Positions 37,471 to 51,170 of a DNA stretch of 64,000 nt are shown one piece after another. The stretch is taken from assembly GCF_001194135.2 (NCBI RefSeq), contig NC_068996.1:30137486-30201485 (forward strand), given 5' to 3'. A program made the position numbers and the translations under genes. How positions within the stretch are numbered: the first letter of the stretch is position 1; each line of letters starts with the position of its first letter. Origin of the DNA: Octopus bimaculoides. Its lineage: Eukaryota. The notes beneath the pieces were generated by a model that saw nothing but the letters and a program-made list of their open reading frames with translations, ran no database searches and was not told where the DNA came from.

Positions 37471-38609
37471 TGTAGTGAAACTACCTATCGCCATTAGATA
37501 CAAAACTACTATCGCCATTACATACAATCTTCTCATTTAAATATAAACAAGCGCGGGCGTAGCGGAGAACCCATCTCCTTGTCATCACGTGACTGATTAA
37601 TATTCGAAGCGGCAACTTCTTCGAACCGTTCCCGCCAGAATGCAAACTGACGAATCACAGCCCTTAATAAGGTCATGTGATAGTGTTTTTCTACTACCGT
37701 CTTGGAGCCCCCTGAATGCTTTAAATAGAGCAACTCATACCCAGCAAATTTGTCTCGGTTCAGTTCTCTTTGAGATCTGTTCCGTGTACCACACGACAGC
37801 AGCAGCAACAATCAGCCAGCGACCACTTCAACAGCTTCGTCCAGCCAACGATTACCACCGCCGTCGCCACATCAGCAGCACGAGACTACAACTACTGACC
37901 AGCATCATCGTCATGACCAACACGATTCTACGATTACTACTAACCAGCATCAATCTCCACCAGTGTTAACACGACTTTCTATGTACACCAATCCAAACCA
38001 CCGCGGCACATCTCTCTCTTCGATTCTGTTAGGTGACTCAGCTTCACCACGATAAATAAACAGACAAGAGATTTCAGCCAGCGACGAATGACAAACATCT
38101 GTATAACAAGAATCACGGCCCGGCATGGAAGCCACCACATCACAACTAGTGATCAGCTCTGCCACACACAGCCTCAACTCCTTTCACATACAGACTCATC
38201 CTATTGTGTACTCAAGAACTGGTATAAATGCTCACGTGTTACTGACTCTTTCTATCTGCTGTAATATCTCACATACCCATACATGTATCACTCACATACA
38301 CACTTTTCTTTGTATGACGGCCTGTCTTTTATTATGTTCTTATATGTCGCATTCACACTCTCACATACACATACATCTTTAACGCTATAATAAATACCTC
38401 TGTTATTCATCTTATACGGTTGCCTTCTATCGTCTCTTCATTACTGGTATTTAAGAATTCACATATGTTATCGTAGTATAACATATTTGTATATCATCAT
38501 TGATATATTATTTTGTGTTCAACCGTGTGACGCGTATAAATAAAAGGAGTCCTCTGTTTTTCCATTCGTCACCATTTCTCCTTTTTGAGTTCGCACGGTC
38601 GTTCTTACA
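37471..38609 (+). mobile_element. Solo LTR (1139 bp), 4-bp TSD CAGT
   Basis: Starts TGTAGTGAAAC and ends GTTCTTACA; cagt at 37467-37470 and 38610-38613; the termini are shared with 20542-21443. Confidence 0.88.
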
Positions 38610-38900
38610 CAGTCATTGTAAATAAATATTCTTATCAGACAAGTTGTAACATTTGCAATGTTCTGTGAAAATATGTTTGGCACTTGTGCTGTTTATGTTC
38701 AAAGGACTAGGGGAAATTATCTACCTTGGAAAACAGGTGAGTGTTGGCCACCAGAAGTGTATGCTGTGGTAGAAGTTCTCCTCAATGAATTTTGTCTGAT
38801 CTATGAATGCATAGATATTTGAGCATTTAAATGGCAATGAAAAGTCTCCATCAATTCAGTACTTAGAGTTGTGTTTTATTTGTTGGATACTCTTTACTCT

Positions 38901-39248
38901 TTTACTTGTTTCAGTCATTTGACTGCGGCCATGTTGGAGCACCACCTTTAGTTGAGCAAATCAACCCCAGTACTTATTCTTTGTAAGCCTAGTACTTATT
39001 CTATCGGTCTCCTTTGCCGAACCGCTAAGTTACGGGGACGTAAACACACCAGCATCGGTTGTCAAGCAATATTGGGGGGGACAAACATATATACACACAT
39101 ACATATATACAACGGGCTTCTTTCAGTTTCCGTCTACCGAATCCACTCACAAGACTTTGGTCGGCCCGAGGCTATAGTAGAAGACACTTGAACCCGGAAA
39201 CATGTGGTTGGTAAGCAAGCTACTTACCACACAGCCACTCCTATGCCT
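38901..39248 (-). mobile_element. tRNA-derived SINE (family 1), CpG-rich and relatively young copy with a small internal deletion
   Basis: Full tail-to-head match to the family. Confidence 0.85.
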
Positions 39249-40370
39249 ATAGATGACATTGATTTGATTATATTATTTGTAAGCCACTTGATTCACTTAC
39301 TGAAACAGGGTTATCAATTAACTAGTGTTTTAGAAGTAACTTTTTACTTATTCCAAGATGTGAAGCAATTCATAGGTTTTAAACACCTAATTTTCTTCTG
39401 GTACTAAACTAAAATACTTTAAATTATCTAGAACATTGTATGGTTAATAATATGAAATTATTTTGGGCATGCTTTTAATCCTGTATTTAACTATGTTCCT
39501 TACATCATTTCTATGACTGATCTAACTTTCATTGTTCCAGCATGTTCTGTTTGTGCTCTGTTTATACAGTTGTGTCTTTGATTATTGTCTTAAAAGTTTT
39601 CAGTTTTTCTGTCATCAGTTATTGCCATGAGAACTGCATACTAAGTTTTTTAATGATTTCTAACCCATATTATATTGAGCATTTTGTGAAGTTATTATAA
39701 TTTGAGCTATCTACTAAACTGTTTTTCATTCACTTTGCCATTGTATTGTTATAAATTCAAAAACTTAATATTTCATGCACATTTAAATAGTTTTGCTATT
39801 TAATTTCCAAAAACATTAACACTTTAAATTCATTTATTTTATTGGCATGATTAATAATTTGCTTTTCTTGCATATTCTTTCTGTTTTTTAATCTATTTGT
39901 TTGCTTCTGGTATGTTACTAATATAATTAATTTGGCCTGCTTTTATTTGTTTATTTAGTGTTTATTTTGTCTAAGAATGTTTTATTTAATCTTAAAAAAA
40001 ACTTTGTTTTTATAATATTTTGTTGCAGTATCATATAGTGAATATTGTGATTTGTAAATAAAACCTGTAAATCTCTCTACACTAAGTTGATGTATTTATT
40101 GTCATGAGATGAAATAGAAACTAACATGTTTAGCAGGCAGGGCCCTTCATAAAGAAGGAATCAGAAATGTGTTGAAGAATATATGAAAGATGTTAGAAGC
40201 TTGAAGATCACAAGAAAATATAGTTAAAAATCCAAAAATATGTGAGAGAGAGAGAGAGAGAGAGAAATAAAAGAAAATAAATTAGCTAAAATTACAATTT
40301 TTGCTACGTTGGGATTTTTAAAAATGTAATTTTTCAGGATATGTCTTTAAATAGCAATAAATTATATTAG

Positions 40371-40459
40371 TGAATATACAAATGAATCCTGAGAATTTCA
40401 ACCGTCCTCCTCCCATACCAGCCCACAAGCAATATCATAGGGCTGAACCAATGCACTAA
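40371..40459 (+). CDS. Possible additional alternative terminal exon: (V)NIQMNPENFNRPPPIPAHKQYHRAEPMH*
   Basis: Phase-1 compatible, relatively GC-rich, Pro-rich island inside an AT-rich intron. The acceptor (attatattag|) is weak; a stronger upstream acceptor at 40337 would give GYVFK*. Confidence 0.3.
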
Positions 40460-41259
40460 AGTACAATAGATTGCAGATTTTACAAGAAATGCAATAAATA
40501 ATCAAAGAAAGCAGTACAAATTTGTCCTCAGTAGTTTGGCATTGGAGAACTACATTTGAGAAGTCTGGAAAAAAATGGATGATCTCTTAGATTTGTGACT
40601 TCCGACTTTTGTAGAAAAAATATATACTGTATTTTATTTGTTTATCCTTTTCATTTTTTATTTTCTGTAGCATACAGTCATAGGTGCATGAACAAGGAAG
40701 GGAGTAATAGGAAGGAAAAGAAATAGTAGTATCAGGGGTTTACCTAGAGAGTGATAGGGGTGATGAGGAGAGTTAAGAAGGAGGAGATGCAGTGCTACAC
40801 CATGCTATTTATGAGTGGGGAGAATGGTGTGTGAAGTGATAAGGTGATGATGAGAAGCCAGAATGTATTCTCAACTTGTTTTAAATAGCATAGTGACAGG
40901 AGAATTGGGGAAGTTAAGTAAAGGTTGACTGGGTGCAATTCCTCCCCACTTAATCATTATGATTCAAGAGGAAAGAGAAGGATAAGTAAGAGAATATGTG
41001 GAGTTATGGAGAAGAAAGATACATGCACAAATCAAGTACTTTCTTCACAGTTATGGGTGACAATAATACAGTGAGTAGAGGAGATGATGTGAGATGAAAG
41101 GTTATAGAACAGATCCAATATGTAGGTGAATATATGGTGAAGTAATGATGTGAAGGTATAGAATGAGTACTGGACAAGGAGATATATGCACAAAACATGC
41201 ACTGTCCCACTATTTCAACAAATATTTTACCAAGTTTTTTTTTTTTGTGGTGGGGGGGG

Positions 41260-42340
41260 GTTCAGATCTTCTGCAGCACCATGTATATCATTGGTCAACA
41301 TGGTCCTCTGTCATCTCTTTCATAAGCTGGAACGTCTTAAGGTCATTTTCCACCATTTCATCTCAAGACTTCCTCTGTCTGCCTCTTCCACAAACGCCAT
41401 CCACTTTGAGTAATTGGCACTTATGCAGATGTCATCCACCATATGCATCATATGCCTATATTATTATAGTCTCCTCTCTTGTATGCCACATTTGATTCCC
41501 CTAATACCCAGCTTGTCTCTCAGTTCATTTATACTCCATTATTTTTGCACAGTAGCATGACATATCCAGCAAAACATACTTGCCTCATTTCTTTCTAGTC
41601 CCTGCATCCCCCAAATTTAAGACCCATGTCTCACTGTTCTGCAACACACTTCACATACAAACATCATACAATTTGCCCTTTGAGAAAATTCCTTTGTTGC
41701 CAGCAGAAGTAATAGTTCCATGAACTTTTTCCAATCTGTTCTTATTCTAGCTACCTTGCTTTCAGAACATCTGTCTCTACTGCTACTCTGGTCTCCTATT
41801 AGTTGTATTTAGGGGGCCCTCTAAGCATTTGAGCAAATCTATTTACCAAGTGGTCTTAGTTCCTACTGCCCCAATGCACCTACAGCATATAAATACCTTC
41901 TCTATTAGCCTACATTTGATCCTACTATACTTTTTGTGAGTCCATTGTTTACACTGGACACACCTTATGGTATTTCTACTCCTTTTACTTTAACACCTTT
42001 CAGTCCCTGATTTTGCTTGTATGTCTGGAATTTCTGCTTCACTTCTTTTACTGATTCTGTTATATGCACTGAGTCGTCAGCATATAGGAGTTCTTAAGGG
42101 TAGCTAATCCCAAATACTCTGCTATAGTTTGGAGGACTATAATAAATCTAGGGTAAGGTTGAGAACTGAACCCTGATATATCCCCACCTGCACATTCAAT
42201 TCATTACTGATTTTAACATTACTGACTTCTCCTTTGCAGTCACAAACCATTCATTTATACTTAATTTCCTTAGTGACCAAATCACAGTACAAAGGTATAT
42301 AGGCTTATTCCTAGCCACAGAAAAGATGGCATCATGATGT
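41260..42340 (-). mobile_element. Decayed RTE-clade LINE fragment
   Basis: Homologous to 23112-23431 (ctttgttgccagcagaagtaa...agctac..tttcag). Confidence 0.6.
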
Positions 42341-42344
42341 TCTC

Positions 42345-44330
42345 CATAGTGTGTTTCCCTTGTTGATTATTCATACTAATGAGGATGGGGCACTCCAACA
42401 TTTCCTTAACCTTCGACCCAAACCCCAACCTGACACATCCACACTCGTTCGTCTGGCTGAACTTGTCCTCTCACTCAACTGCTTCTCGTTTGCTGGTGAT
42501 TTTTACCAGCAGTTCTCGGGAGTGGCCATGGGAACGAGAATGGGCCCCAACTATGTGAACCTGTTTGTTGGCTATGTTGAGGCCCAAATATTCTCAAGTT
42601 TCACTGGTCCCACCCCCAAACTATACGGCCGTTATATTGACGACTGTATCGGTGCGACCTCACTCTCCCGCAAACATCTAGACTCCTTCCTCTCTTTTGT
42701 CAAATCTTTCCATCCTGCCCTCCACTTCTCCTGCACTATCTCTGACACCTCTGTCTCCTTTCTTGACATTTCGGTCAGCATTCATCACTCCACTGTCACC
42801 ACCTCCATCCCAGACTCACACTCAAACCTAAACTATTCCTCTTCCCACCCTAAACACACCAAGCTTTCCATCCCCTATTCCCAGTTCCTCTGTCTACACA
42901 GGCTCTGTAATGACGACCATGAATTTGAGACTCAGCCTCAACTCATGGCTCACCACTTCATCCTACATGGATATCTCCCCACCACTATCCACACTGCCCT
43001 TGCCAGAGCACATTCCATGGATCATGCATCTGCTCTCTCCCCCACACCTGCCCTGCCATCTCCCATTTCCCCTCAACTACATCCCTACCTCTCCAATGCA
43101 CCATTCTCCGAGCTTTCCGGCGACTCCAGTCCGATCCCTCCACTTTGCACATCTTCCCTAACCGACCCCCTCTCCTCCTTCAAACGAGCCCACAACCTAG
43201 GAGACCTCTTGGTCCACAGCTTCTTCCCTAACCCAACTTCCCAACCTGGCTCATTCCCATGCTGCCGCACTTGCCCTTACCTCTCCAACACCACCATCAT
43301 TGACCCTATCATATCACTCACCCCTTCACCTGCACTTCTACTAATGTCATCTACTGCATCTCCTGCTCTCTCTGCCCTTCTCTATATATCAGGCAAACAG
43401 GACGCTGCTTGGCTGACCAGTTCAAGGAACACCTCCAAGACATCTGACTCGGCAATGACACCCTGGTTTTGCACCAGTTCCGCTCTACCAGTCACTCTTT
43501 GCAACACCTGTCTGTGTTCAGATTATCCTTGTACAGGGACCATCTGGACTCCCATCTTTGCCATGAACAAGGATTAATCTTCTTTCTTCCCTCCTTTGCA
43601 CTACATGGGCTCAACTCTCCTCCCCTTCTTCATCTAACCCTCCTCCCCTCTCCTCTCTTCCTCTCACACCTACTTCCTCCCACCCACCTCTCCTCTTCAC
43701 TCCTACTCTCTTCTCTTCCCTTCACTCCTACCCACCTCCCTTTCTCCTCCCTTCATCGTCACCGCTTCCTTGTAATCTCACCCCTACACAATCCAACCCC
43801 CACCTTCCCTATCCATCCCTTACTTCCACATACCCCATCTCTACCCCCACTCTCAGCCTATCCACACCCCACCCTTGCTTTCCCTATTCTCGCCTCCGCC
43901 ACATCCCAACACCACCACATCACACCACCACGCACACACTAGCACTGACCACTTCCCAGCCCCACACCATCATTCACATACCTACACATGCACACACGCA
44001 CACGTCAAAGTTACCAGCCCTCTTCCACACGCAACGCACATACATACTCTCTTATACACATGCACGCATACCTTCATTTTGGGATCACCACTACTTCATT
44101 ATCTCCCCTCCTGCCTAGCTGTCCTCTGTGACCCCTCTATCCGGCATTCGCCATGATATATTGCTAGCCACTACACATTCTTCATTTTCTCTCCTTGTTT
44201 CTTTCTGTGGAAGAGCGTAGGCTTGAAACATTAAAGGCTTTTTCACTTCCCGAGCGTTAAGCTAATGCATCTGTTTGTTGTCAACATCAACTGTCTTCAT
44301 CTTTTGTTTTTTTGTGAATTCTCCGCATAT
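42345..44330 (+). mobile_element. 5'-truncated PLE (Neptune/Naiad-like) with RT, Cys linker, GIY-YIG, low-complexity tail and pLTR
   Basis: GVAMGTRMGPNYVNLFVGYVE and RYIDDCIG; GSFPCCRTCPY linker; shifted frame FTCTSTNVIYCISCSLCPSLYIRQTGRCLADQFKEH. Confidence 0.9.
44201..44237 (+). ncRNA. Degenerate hammerhead motif in the PLE pLTR
   Basis: cttt-CTGTGGA-a-GAGC(gtag)GCTT-GAAA-CATT-aaag; the core has A6-to-U, so activity is doubtful. Confidence 0.55.
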
Positions 44331-44908
44331 TAACTATTTGGTTCAATATGATACATTTGTGACATGCTTATTGTAGCAACCCATTTCCTATAATAGATGG
44401 GAAAAAATACTTTTGATTTTGGATTTCCCTTCTGTTTTTGATAGCAGCACAAACAATCCATACTCAGCTCTTACCAAAATCAGTGATGACAACGTATGTC
44501 AGGTATTTTTTTTTGTTAGAAAAGAAGAATTTTCATATTTAACATTGGAAATTTTGTTCACTTGTGCACCACACCATTTTGAATTAACTGCTAAGATTTT
44601 AAAGTAATAAGAGCCAATTTATAAATTATTGTATCAAACTTGAGGAAATAGAATGCCATGCAAGCTGTAACATAACTGATATTAAAGTTGCTCAACAAGT
44701 AATAGATATGTTGTTTGAGTCCTACAAATGGGACTTATGTTTGTCTTTCATTTCTCTCCCAATTTAGTGCTTATAATGTTTAACTTGGTAACACTTTTGT
44801 TTAATATTTATTTCCAGTTTCAAGTGTTTGCTGTTTATCAAATTCTGTTAATTAATGTTTAATTTTTGTTAGTTTAAATTATCTATTTTTTCTTTCTTAT
44901 TTCCCTAG

Positions 44909-44982
44909 GTGCTGAGAGACGGGCTCACATAAGACCCCGCGGCTGTATGACTCGAGAAACAAGTGGCACATCAGTTTGTTGA
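44909..44982 (+). CDS. DIAPH: Formin distal terminal exon J: (G)AERRAHIRPRGCMTRETSGTSVC*
   Basis: Very strong acceptor tttttctttcttatttccctag|; phase 1; GAERRA matches the invertebrate Dia tail; TGA at 44980-44982. Confidence 0.9.
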
Positions 44983-44992
44983 TACCTGAAGC

Positions 44993-44998
44993 AATAAA
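44993..44998 (+). promoter_or_regulatory. Candidate polyadenylation signal (AATAAA) just after the stop codon
   Basis: The hexamer is present, but further AATAAA motifs follow (for example 45151), so the true 3' end is unknown. Confidence 0.3.
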
Positions 44999-46414
44999 AG
45001 AATGTTGCCATTTTATATATTCCCTTTCTTCTGAATAATGGAAACTGATTAAAAAAACAAAAGATAATCAAGTCATCCAATGTATAAATATACATGTTAA
45101 TTTAATCTTCTAATTGTTCATCTCAAAAGCAAAAGTTTTTAAATGAAATTAATAAATGTGAGGGAATGCAGAGGAAAAATTCAATCATTTTTATGATTAA
45201 GTTTTTTCTTGTATTCCTTAAGAATTTTTAGTTTTTTTTTTTTCAATAACTCCACAAAGTCATTCATAAAACTCAAAATATATATTTAATGTTTATTTTT
45301 GGCTTAAGTTTCTCTAGACACGTGACATAATGTAAAGTTTCACAAATCTCTGCTCATGCCAAACTTTCAAAATATACTGAAATGCATGTGTAATTTGTAT
45401 GTCTATCTGTGTGTGTAAAAGAAATAGGCAAAGAGATATGAATAATTATGGATGTTAAAATTATAATTCAGACTTTCATTAGTCATTGCATTTTGGAAAT
45501 AAAAAAAATAGGGACCAATATGAGATGTATGAATGAGTTCCTGTCACAATCTAAAATTCTCCTTTGCAATATTTTAACACATTTTTCACTCTATAAGCCA
45601 AATTTGTGCACTACCACTGCACACTCTTATGTGAATAAAACTTTAAGCAGCCAAGGTCTATAGCTTGTTCTGCTGCAACTTGTAAGTTTTATTATCATTT
45701 AGTTAACGTCATTAACATTGAAAATAGATGTTGTTTTCAAAGGTTGTTGTTTTTGATGCTCTTTAGTTCCAGGTCAGCATTGATGAAGCAAATTGGCAAT
45801 CAAAATTGTTCCAGATATAACTAGCCTAACTTTGTTTTCTACAGTTTTTTAAGTTCATAAACTTTAGCCATTCATCTCATAAACAACAAGGCAGTGTAGA
45901 GCATAATTTTCAGGGCATTGCTTTTGACCAAAGATGAACTTGCATCATCATATCTTTTTGGAAACCGTAACTAGCTTGTGGAAAAGTTGCAAGCTCTCTT
46001 ATGTAGATACCATTGATAGATTCAAAATGTGAAGTGCAAGACTTCGGTAAGGTAATGTAGGACTGTGAGCTCTGTCTAAACTAAGGTCACCAAATACTTA
46101 CAATATTTTTTTCAGACAGTGTTTCTAGAACTATATATATACTTCCTTCTTTGCAATGGTAGAGTGTGATGTGTGAGAGATTTGACTGCTGTTTCTTAAA
46201 GGTTGGTGGCTCACTCTTCTATGCTTATGTAGAAATTGCCTCAGTAGGTTGTAGAAGATGACATTGTTAGTATAATTATTACATTTTAGGAATAACAGAG
46301 TAACTCAACCAAAAGAACTTTGTTCAAAGAGCAACAGCTTTTGCTGGTGTGAAAGATATAGTTACACATACACACGCTCACATAAATAAAAGATATGCAT
46401 GCACACGCACACAC

Positions 46415-46800
46415 ACATGGTTTGGACAAAATAATGGAAATACTTTGTTGCATAAAATTTTTGATATTTAATACAGAGTTGGTCCACCTTTAACATTGAA
46501 TACAGATTTGATACATTGAGGAATTTACTCATACAATCTCTGAATGGTTGTTAGTGCAATTTTCAGCAATGATGGTGGAAGGAGTCGGCTCCTCATTTTC
46601 TGCTCCAAAATGCATCATAAATGTTTTATTATATTGAGATCCAGTGATTGTGGGAGCCAGTCCAAATGGTCTACTTCATGTATGTGCTCATTTTAATTTT
46701 GGATAACATTAGTTTTTTGAATCAACATTTTGTCCTGGAAGATTTCACTACTATCAGGGAACAAAGTTTGTAGCATAGAATGAAAGTAATCTGCCAAAAT
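46415..46800. mobile_element. Possible Tc1-like DNA transposon relic
   Basis: Begins with a Tc1-like TIR (ggacaaaataatggaaa) and gttggtccacctt; no ORF recovered. Confidence 0.35.
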
Positions 46801-48934
46801 ACTCAGATAATCCTCAATATTAACTCTGTCAAGTAGAACAACTAAAATGCCAAAATATAGCTGTTCAAATCATTACTACTACTTCTATGCTTTAAAGAAG
46901 AGAACAAATCCTCAGGGTTGAAAGTTCTTTGGGTTGTCTCCTAAAGTGGGGAAAAAGGGTGAATGATGATTTATCAGAGAGGACATTATTCCATTGAACC
47001 ATTGACTACTTTTGATAGTCTAGACACCATTTTTACCATTATCAGTGTCAATGAAAGACAAGATAGGCTTAGCAATTGCAGCCGTCCCATAATATACAGC
47101 TTTATGGAGCTCACAATGAATGGTTTTGGCTGACACAGGGTTGGCAAGAAGATTTCTTTAGCTCTGCTGTCACTTTTGCTGCCATAGTCCAATGGTTTTT
47201 AGACAATACATTTCACTATTTTGTAGTCCTTCTTTGTGAGCTTTGCCTTCTGTTCAGAATTATGATTGCTAAAGCTGGTTTTACCTTGGATTTGGAATGC
47301 CAACATGATTCTAGAGATTGTACTTCTCAAGACAAACGATTCAGCACTCCAGAAATTTGTCTTTGGAAATCATATAAGTCATTCACATTAATTTATTCAA
47401 ATATGAACATTTGCAAAAAAAAGAAAAGAAGAAAAAAATAAATACTGCATCTGAATACATATATGCAAACTGCAACAGTTTTGAATTTTTCATATTGCCA
47501 ATAGAAAAAAAATTGATAAATAAAAAGTGGTGTTTCCTTTATTTTGTCCAATCCTATTTTGTGTGTATGTGTCCAGCTCTGTCAGCATGATCTGCAGCTT
47601 ATCTATGGTTTTGGCAATGAGTACAATGCCACCTGTCCATTCAATGTCTCTGATAACCATTTCTAAACATGGTGAAGAGCTTTGGAGAGATTTTATTTTC
47701 TTCTTTGATATCCCAACTGAAAAACTCTTACTTGTCATGGTAGCAGAGCTATATCAGTGGTGTATCCAGAGTTCACATCCTTGAACATTGTAGTACATTG
47801 ACACCAAATAGAGGTAGGATGTAATGAAATTAAAGAAGTAAAGGAGTACATATACTTGGAACACATTGTGAATATGTGCCTAGACATGGATGGTGTTTAC
47901 TTCAATAAAGGAGGTGCTCAAGGCTAAGCTAGATAAGACCATACATGCCAAGCTCTTCAATAGCTCTACATCCAATATGTGCTCTAATATGCAAATGCCT
48001 TCTGCTATAGCCCTGGACTGTCCAAAGTCTTGTTAGTGAATTTGGTAGATAGAAAATGAAAGAAGCCTGTTTTTATGTGTGTATCCATATCTTGACATCA
48101 CATGATTGTTGTAAATGAATGTCATACATTTCCAATATTGTGTGAAAGCATTTATAGCTATAGGGAACTATTACTTTGCTTGGAAACAGTAAATGGCTGG
48201 TGACAGAGAGGGCATGCAACCATAGAAAATGTGTCTCATCCAATTCCATGTGATCCCTGCAAGAGTGGAAAAGTGGGAATTAAAATGATGATAACGATAT
48301 TCACATGTCCAAACACGCACACAAATATAAATATAATTGTGTGCAGATGAATTTGTGTGTGTGTGTATAAACTTTTTTGTTCTCCATTTTTCTCCTTTCA
48401 ACCCTTTCTGTCAGTAGGCTCAAAATGTCAAAGACTTTTCCATTCTTCTCAAGCATCAAACTAATACACCTGCATATTGTTCTGTCAGTTGTTTTTGTCT
48501 TTTGTTTTCTGCAGAGTAGTTGATGTTTGGAAGGGCATCCAGCCATAAAAACCCTGCCAAAACAGATACAGTAGCCCAGGGTAGTTTTCTACCTGGCTGG
48601 CTCCTGTCAACCTTCCTCCCCATGCATGCATGGAAAACAGATGTTAAACGATGTATACACACACACACACTGATTTGCTTAAGAGAAATGAGAGAAGAAT
48701 AAATCAGTAAATGCTGCAGAGTATAAATGTTTCTCTTCTGATCTTCAGGTGAAATCTTTATTGAATAAATAATGGTATAATCAGCTAAAACTAAAATGTT
48801 ATTTTGAAAAGCTGCAATGCAAAACTTGATATAAACATCTTGAAAACTCAGCTCTTTTTATTATTATTTTATTGTAACTATGCTTTATGTATTAAGTGTC
48901 CTTGCTGTATATTAACAAGGAGATATCGTTTGTC

Positions 48935-49285
48935 TTTTACTTTTTTGATTCATTGGACTGTTGTCATGCTGGGGCACAACCTTAACTCCAGCACTTAATT
49001 TTTTAAGTCTGGTACTTTTTCTTTCAATATCTTTTTTGAACCACTAAGTTATGGGGGCATAAGCAAGTGAACATTGGTTGTCAAGCAGTTGATGGAGGCA
49101 AACAGACATACAGTCACATATATATAACAACTTCCACACAGTTTCTATCTACCAAGTTGACCCACACGGCATTAGTCAACCCAAAGCTCTAGTTGAAGAC
49201 ACTTGCTCATGGTGCTGTGCCATGGACTGATCCCAAAACCATGTAGTTGTAAAACAAACTCCTTAACTGCAAAGCCATACCTGCA
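48935..49285 (-). mobile_element. tRNA-derived SINE (family 1), diverged
   Basis: Tail-to-head similarity to 38901-39248. Confidence 0.65.
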
Positions 49286-50275
49286 CACACATATATATAT
49301 ATATGTGTATATGTATATATGTAGGTACGTTTGTATGTAAACATATGTATTTATGTGTGCATGTGTATATGTTGGTATATTTATAGGTATGTGTATTTAT
49401 TCTTTTGCTTGTTTCAGTCATTGAACTGTAACTGTACTTGAGCATCTCTTCAAAGGGTTCAGTCTAAGCCTGGTGTGTTTTCTGTCAGCTTCTTTCTGTC
49501 AAATTTTTATTATGACATAAGCAAACACTGGTTATCAAGTGGTGAGAAACAAACATGCACACATACACACACATATGATGAGCTTCCATAATTTCTATCT
49601 ACTTGTAAAGTATTGGTTGACCTGAGACCCCTGTAAAAGAAGAAAACTTCTAAACACATAGCCATACCTTTGTGTGATTAAGAATTGAGGCTGTATTTCT
49701 GGGTTCAGTTGAACCATGAAAAAAGAAGATTTCTTAACCTTACACCCATGCCCACACCTAAGTTTTGTGAAGATAGTCTATAAACAAACTTAGCATTCAA
49801 AGCATGAAGTAAAAGATAATCATGCAGATATTAACTTTTAATGCTCATTTTTTCTGAATTACTATAGTAAAAAATAGACAAAATATTGGAATGAATTAGG
49901 TCAATCAGGTCTCTCATAATATAATACATGAAAAAATTATGTAAATACTGTATTTTATACATGGAGTCTTAGCATGCAAAAATTGATATAAAAGGAATTT
50001 GAGCAAAACTATAATTGTTATGTCTAGCCAGTCATGATACAATGATGTATGGCAAATTAGGGGTAACTACTGTCTAATGTGTATGAAAAATGAATTTGAC
50101 TTCAACGAACTAATACTGTATTACCTTAAGGTGAATGAAAACATTAAGTTTGCTCTGGCATTTACCATATAGCATTTAATCTAGCTCTCTATTGTTTACA
50201 CTAACTATACCATCCTTATGCATCAGTTGTTAAAAGTAAAAAGATATACACTTATCTATTCTAGATATTGTATCT

Positions 50276-50308
<33 letters not shown>

Positions 50309-50973
50309 ATATATATATATAATAAGGAGAATGAAGAATTTGAACATTCAAACTTTATGTTCATTTCCAGTTAGCTTATTCATAATAATTGTCTGACACG
50401 TGTTTCAATTGTACTAATTGCATATTGTTGTATATTTATATTCAGCAACATATACACACACTCACACAGAGTCTGAAGTCACATTGATGTGACCCAACAA
50501 TGTCAAAATCACAACTACTCAGTTGCTAAACTCACAAGGATTTTGTATTATTGCTATTTCAAAATAATTTTTAAATCTCTTATATCCTCTGTGGTGTGTT
50601 ACATATTTTTTTCATTTTTACAAATATTGCAACTCCAAGGATTTAAAGACATTGAGTCAGATAATGATTGATGATTATTGAAGTAAGAAAAAAAGATATA
50701 CTGATCTTATGTGAGTTACATGCACTACTGATATTGATATCGTCATTGGAAAATGTTTAACTATAATATAATTTAATTCAGCTCCCTTGTAAATTTTCAA
50801 TCTCTGTACAGTAAACCACCAAACTATGAGTCAAAGAGGGAAACCTCTATACTATTCCTAGAAAAAGCAGTCAAATTTCCTTTAAAGAAATTTCCTTTCA
50901 TCTTCTTGTTAACTTGCTACAAATTGATCAGAACCTGATCACTGATGAGATTATCCATCTTCAATTTACAAGA

Positions 50974-51007
<34 letters not shown>

Positions 51008-51009
51008 GT

Positions 51010-51170
51010 TTCACATTTTGGTACAATGACCAGAAATTTGGGGGAGGAGATAAGTTAATTACATCAACCCCAGTGCTCAGCTGGTATTTATTTTATTGCC
51101 CTTGAAAGAGTGAGAGGCAAAGTCAACCTAGGTGGAACTTGAAATCAGGACATAAAGACAGATGAAATGT
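51010..51170. mobile_element. SINE family 2 fragment next to (AAT)n; second copy at ~51930-52140
   Basis: Shared ttacat..accccagtgct.a.ctggta..tattttat...ggcaaagtcaacct..gtgga...tgaa.tcag. Confidence 0.65.

Larger units (their letters stand above)
5441..44982 (+). other. DIAPH: Diaphanous-related formin gene, 3' portion (FH2 + DAD + tail), 10 coding exons; 5' part outside the window
   Basis: The spliced translation is continuous and phase-consistent. It shows Diaphanous FH2 motifs (KELKVLDIKSAQNLSILLGS, LAESEQF, GNYMNTGSRNA, LKDTKTQD, EEFF), a DAD (VVDNLLEALTSGSAF plus a basic region) and the GAERRA tail seen in invertebrate Dia. Confidence 0.96.

Noticed and set aside
42351-43577. 408-aa ORF as a host gene or intact active element
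   Set aside because: It is a 5'-truncated PLE RT with internal deletions; the GIY-YIG domain is frameshifted and contains a stop.
44445-44502. Candidate micro-exon with a NAGNAG acceptor and GTATGT/GTATTT donors
   Set aside because: No acceptor/donor combination keeps phase 1 to phase 1 between exons I and J, and the peptide resembles nothing I recognise.
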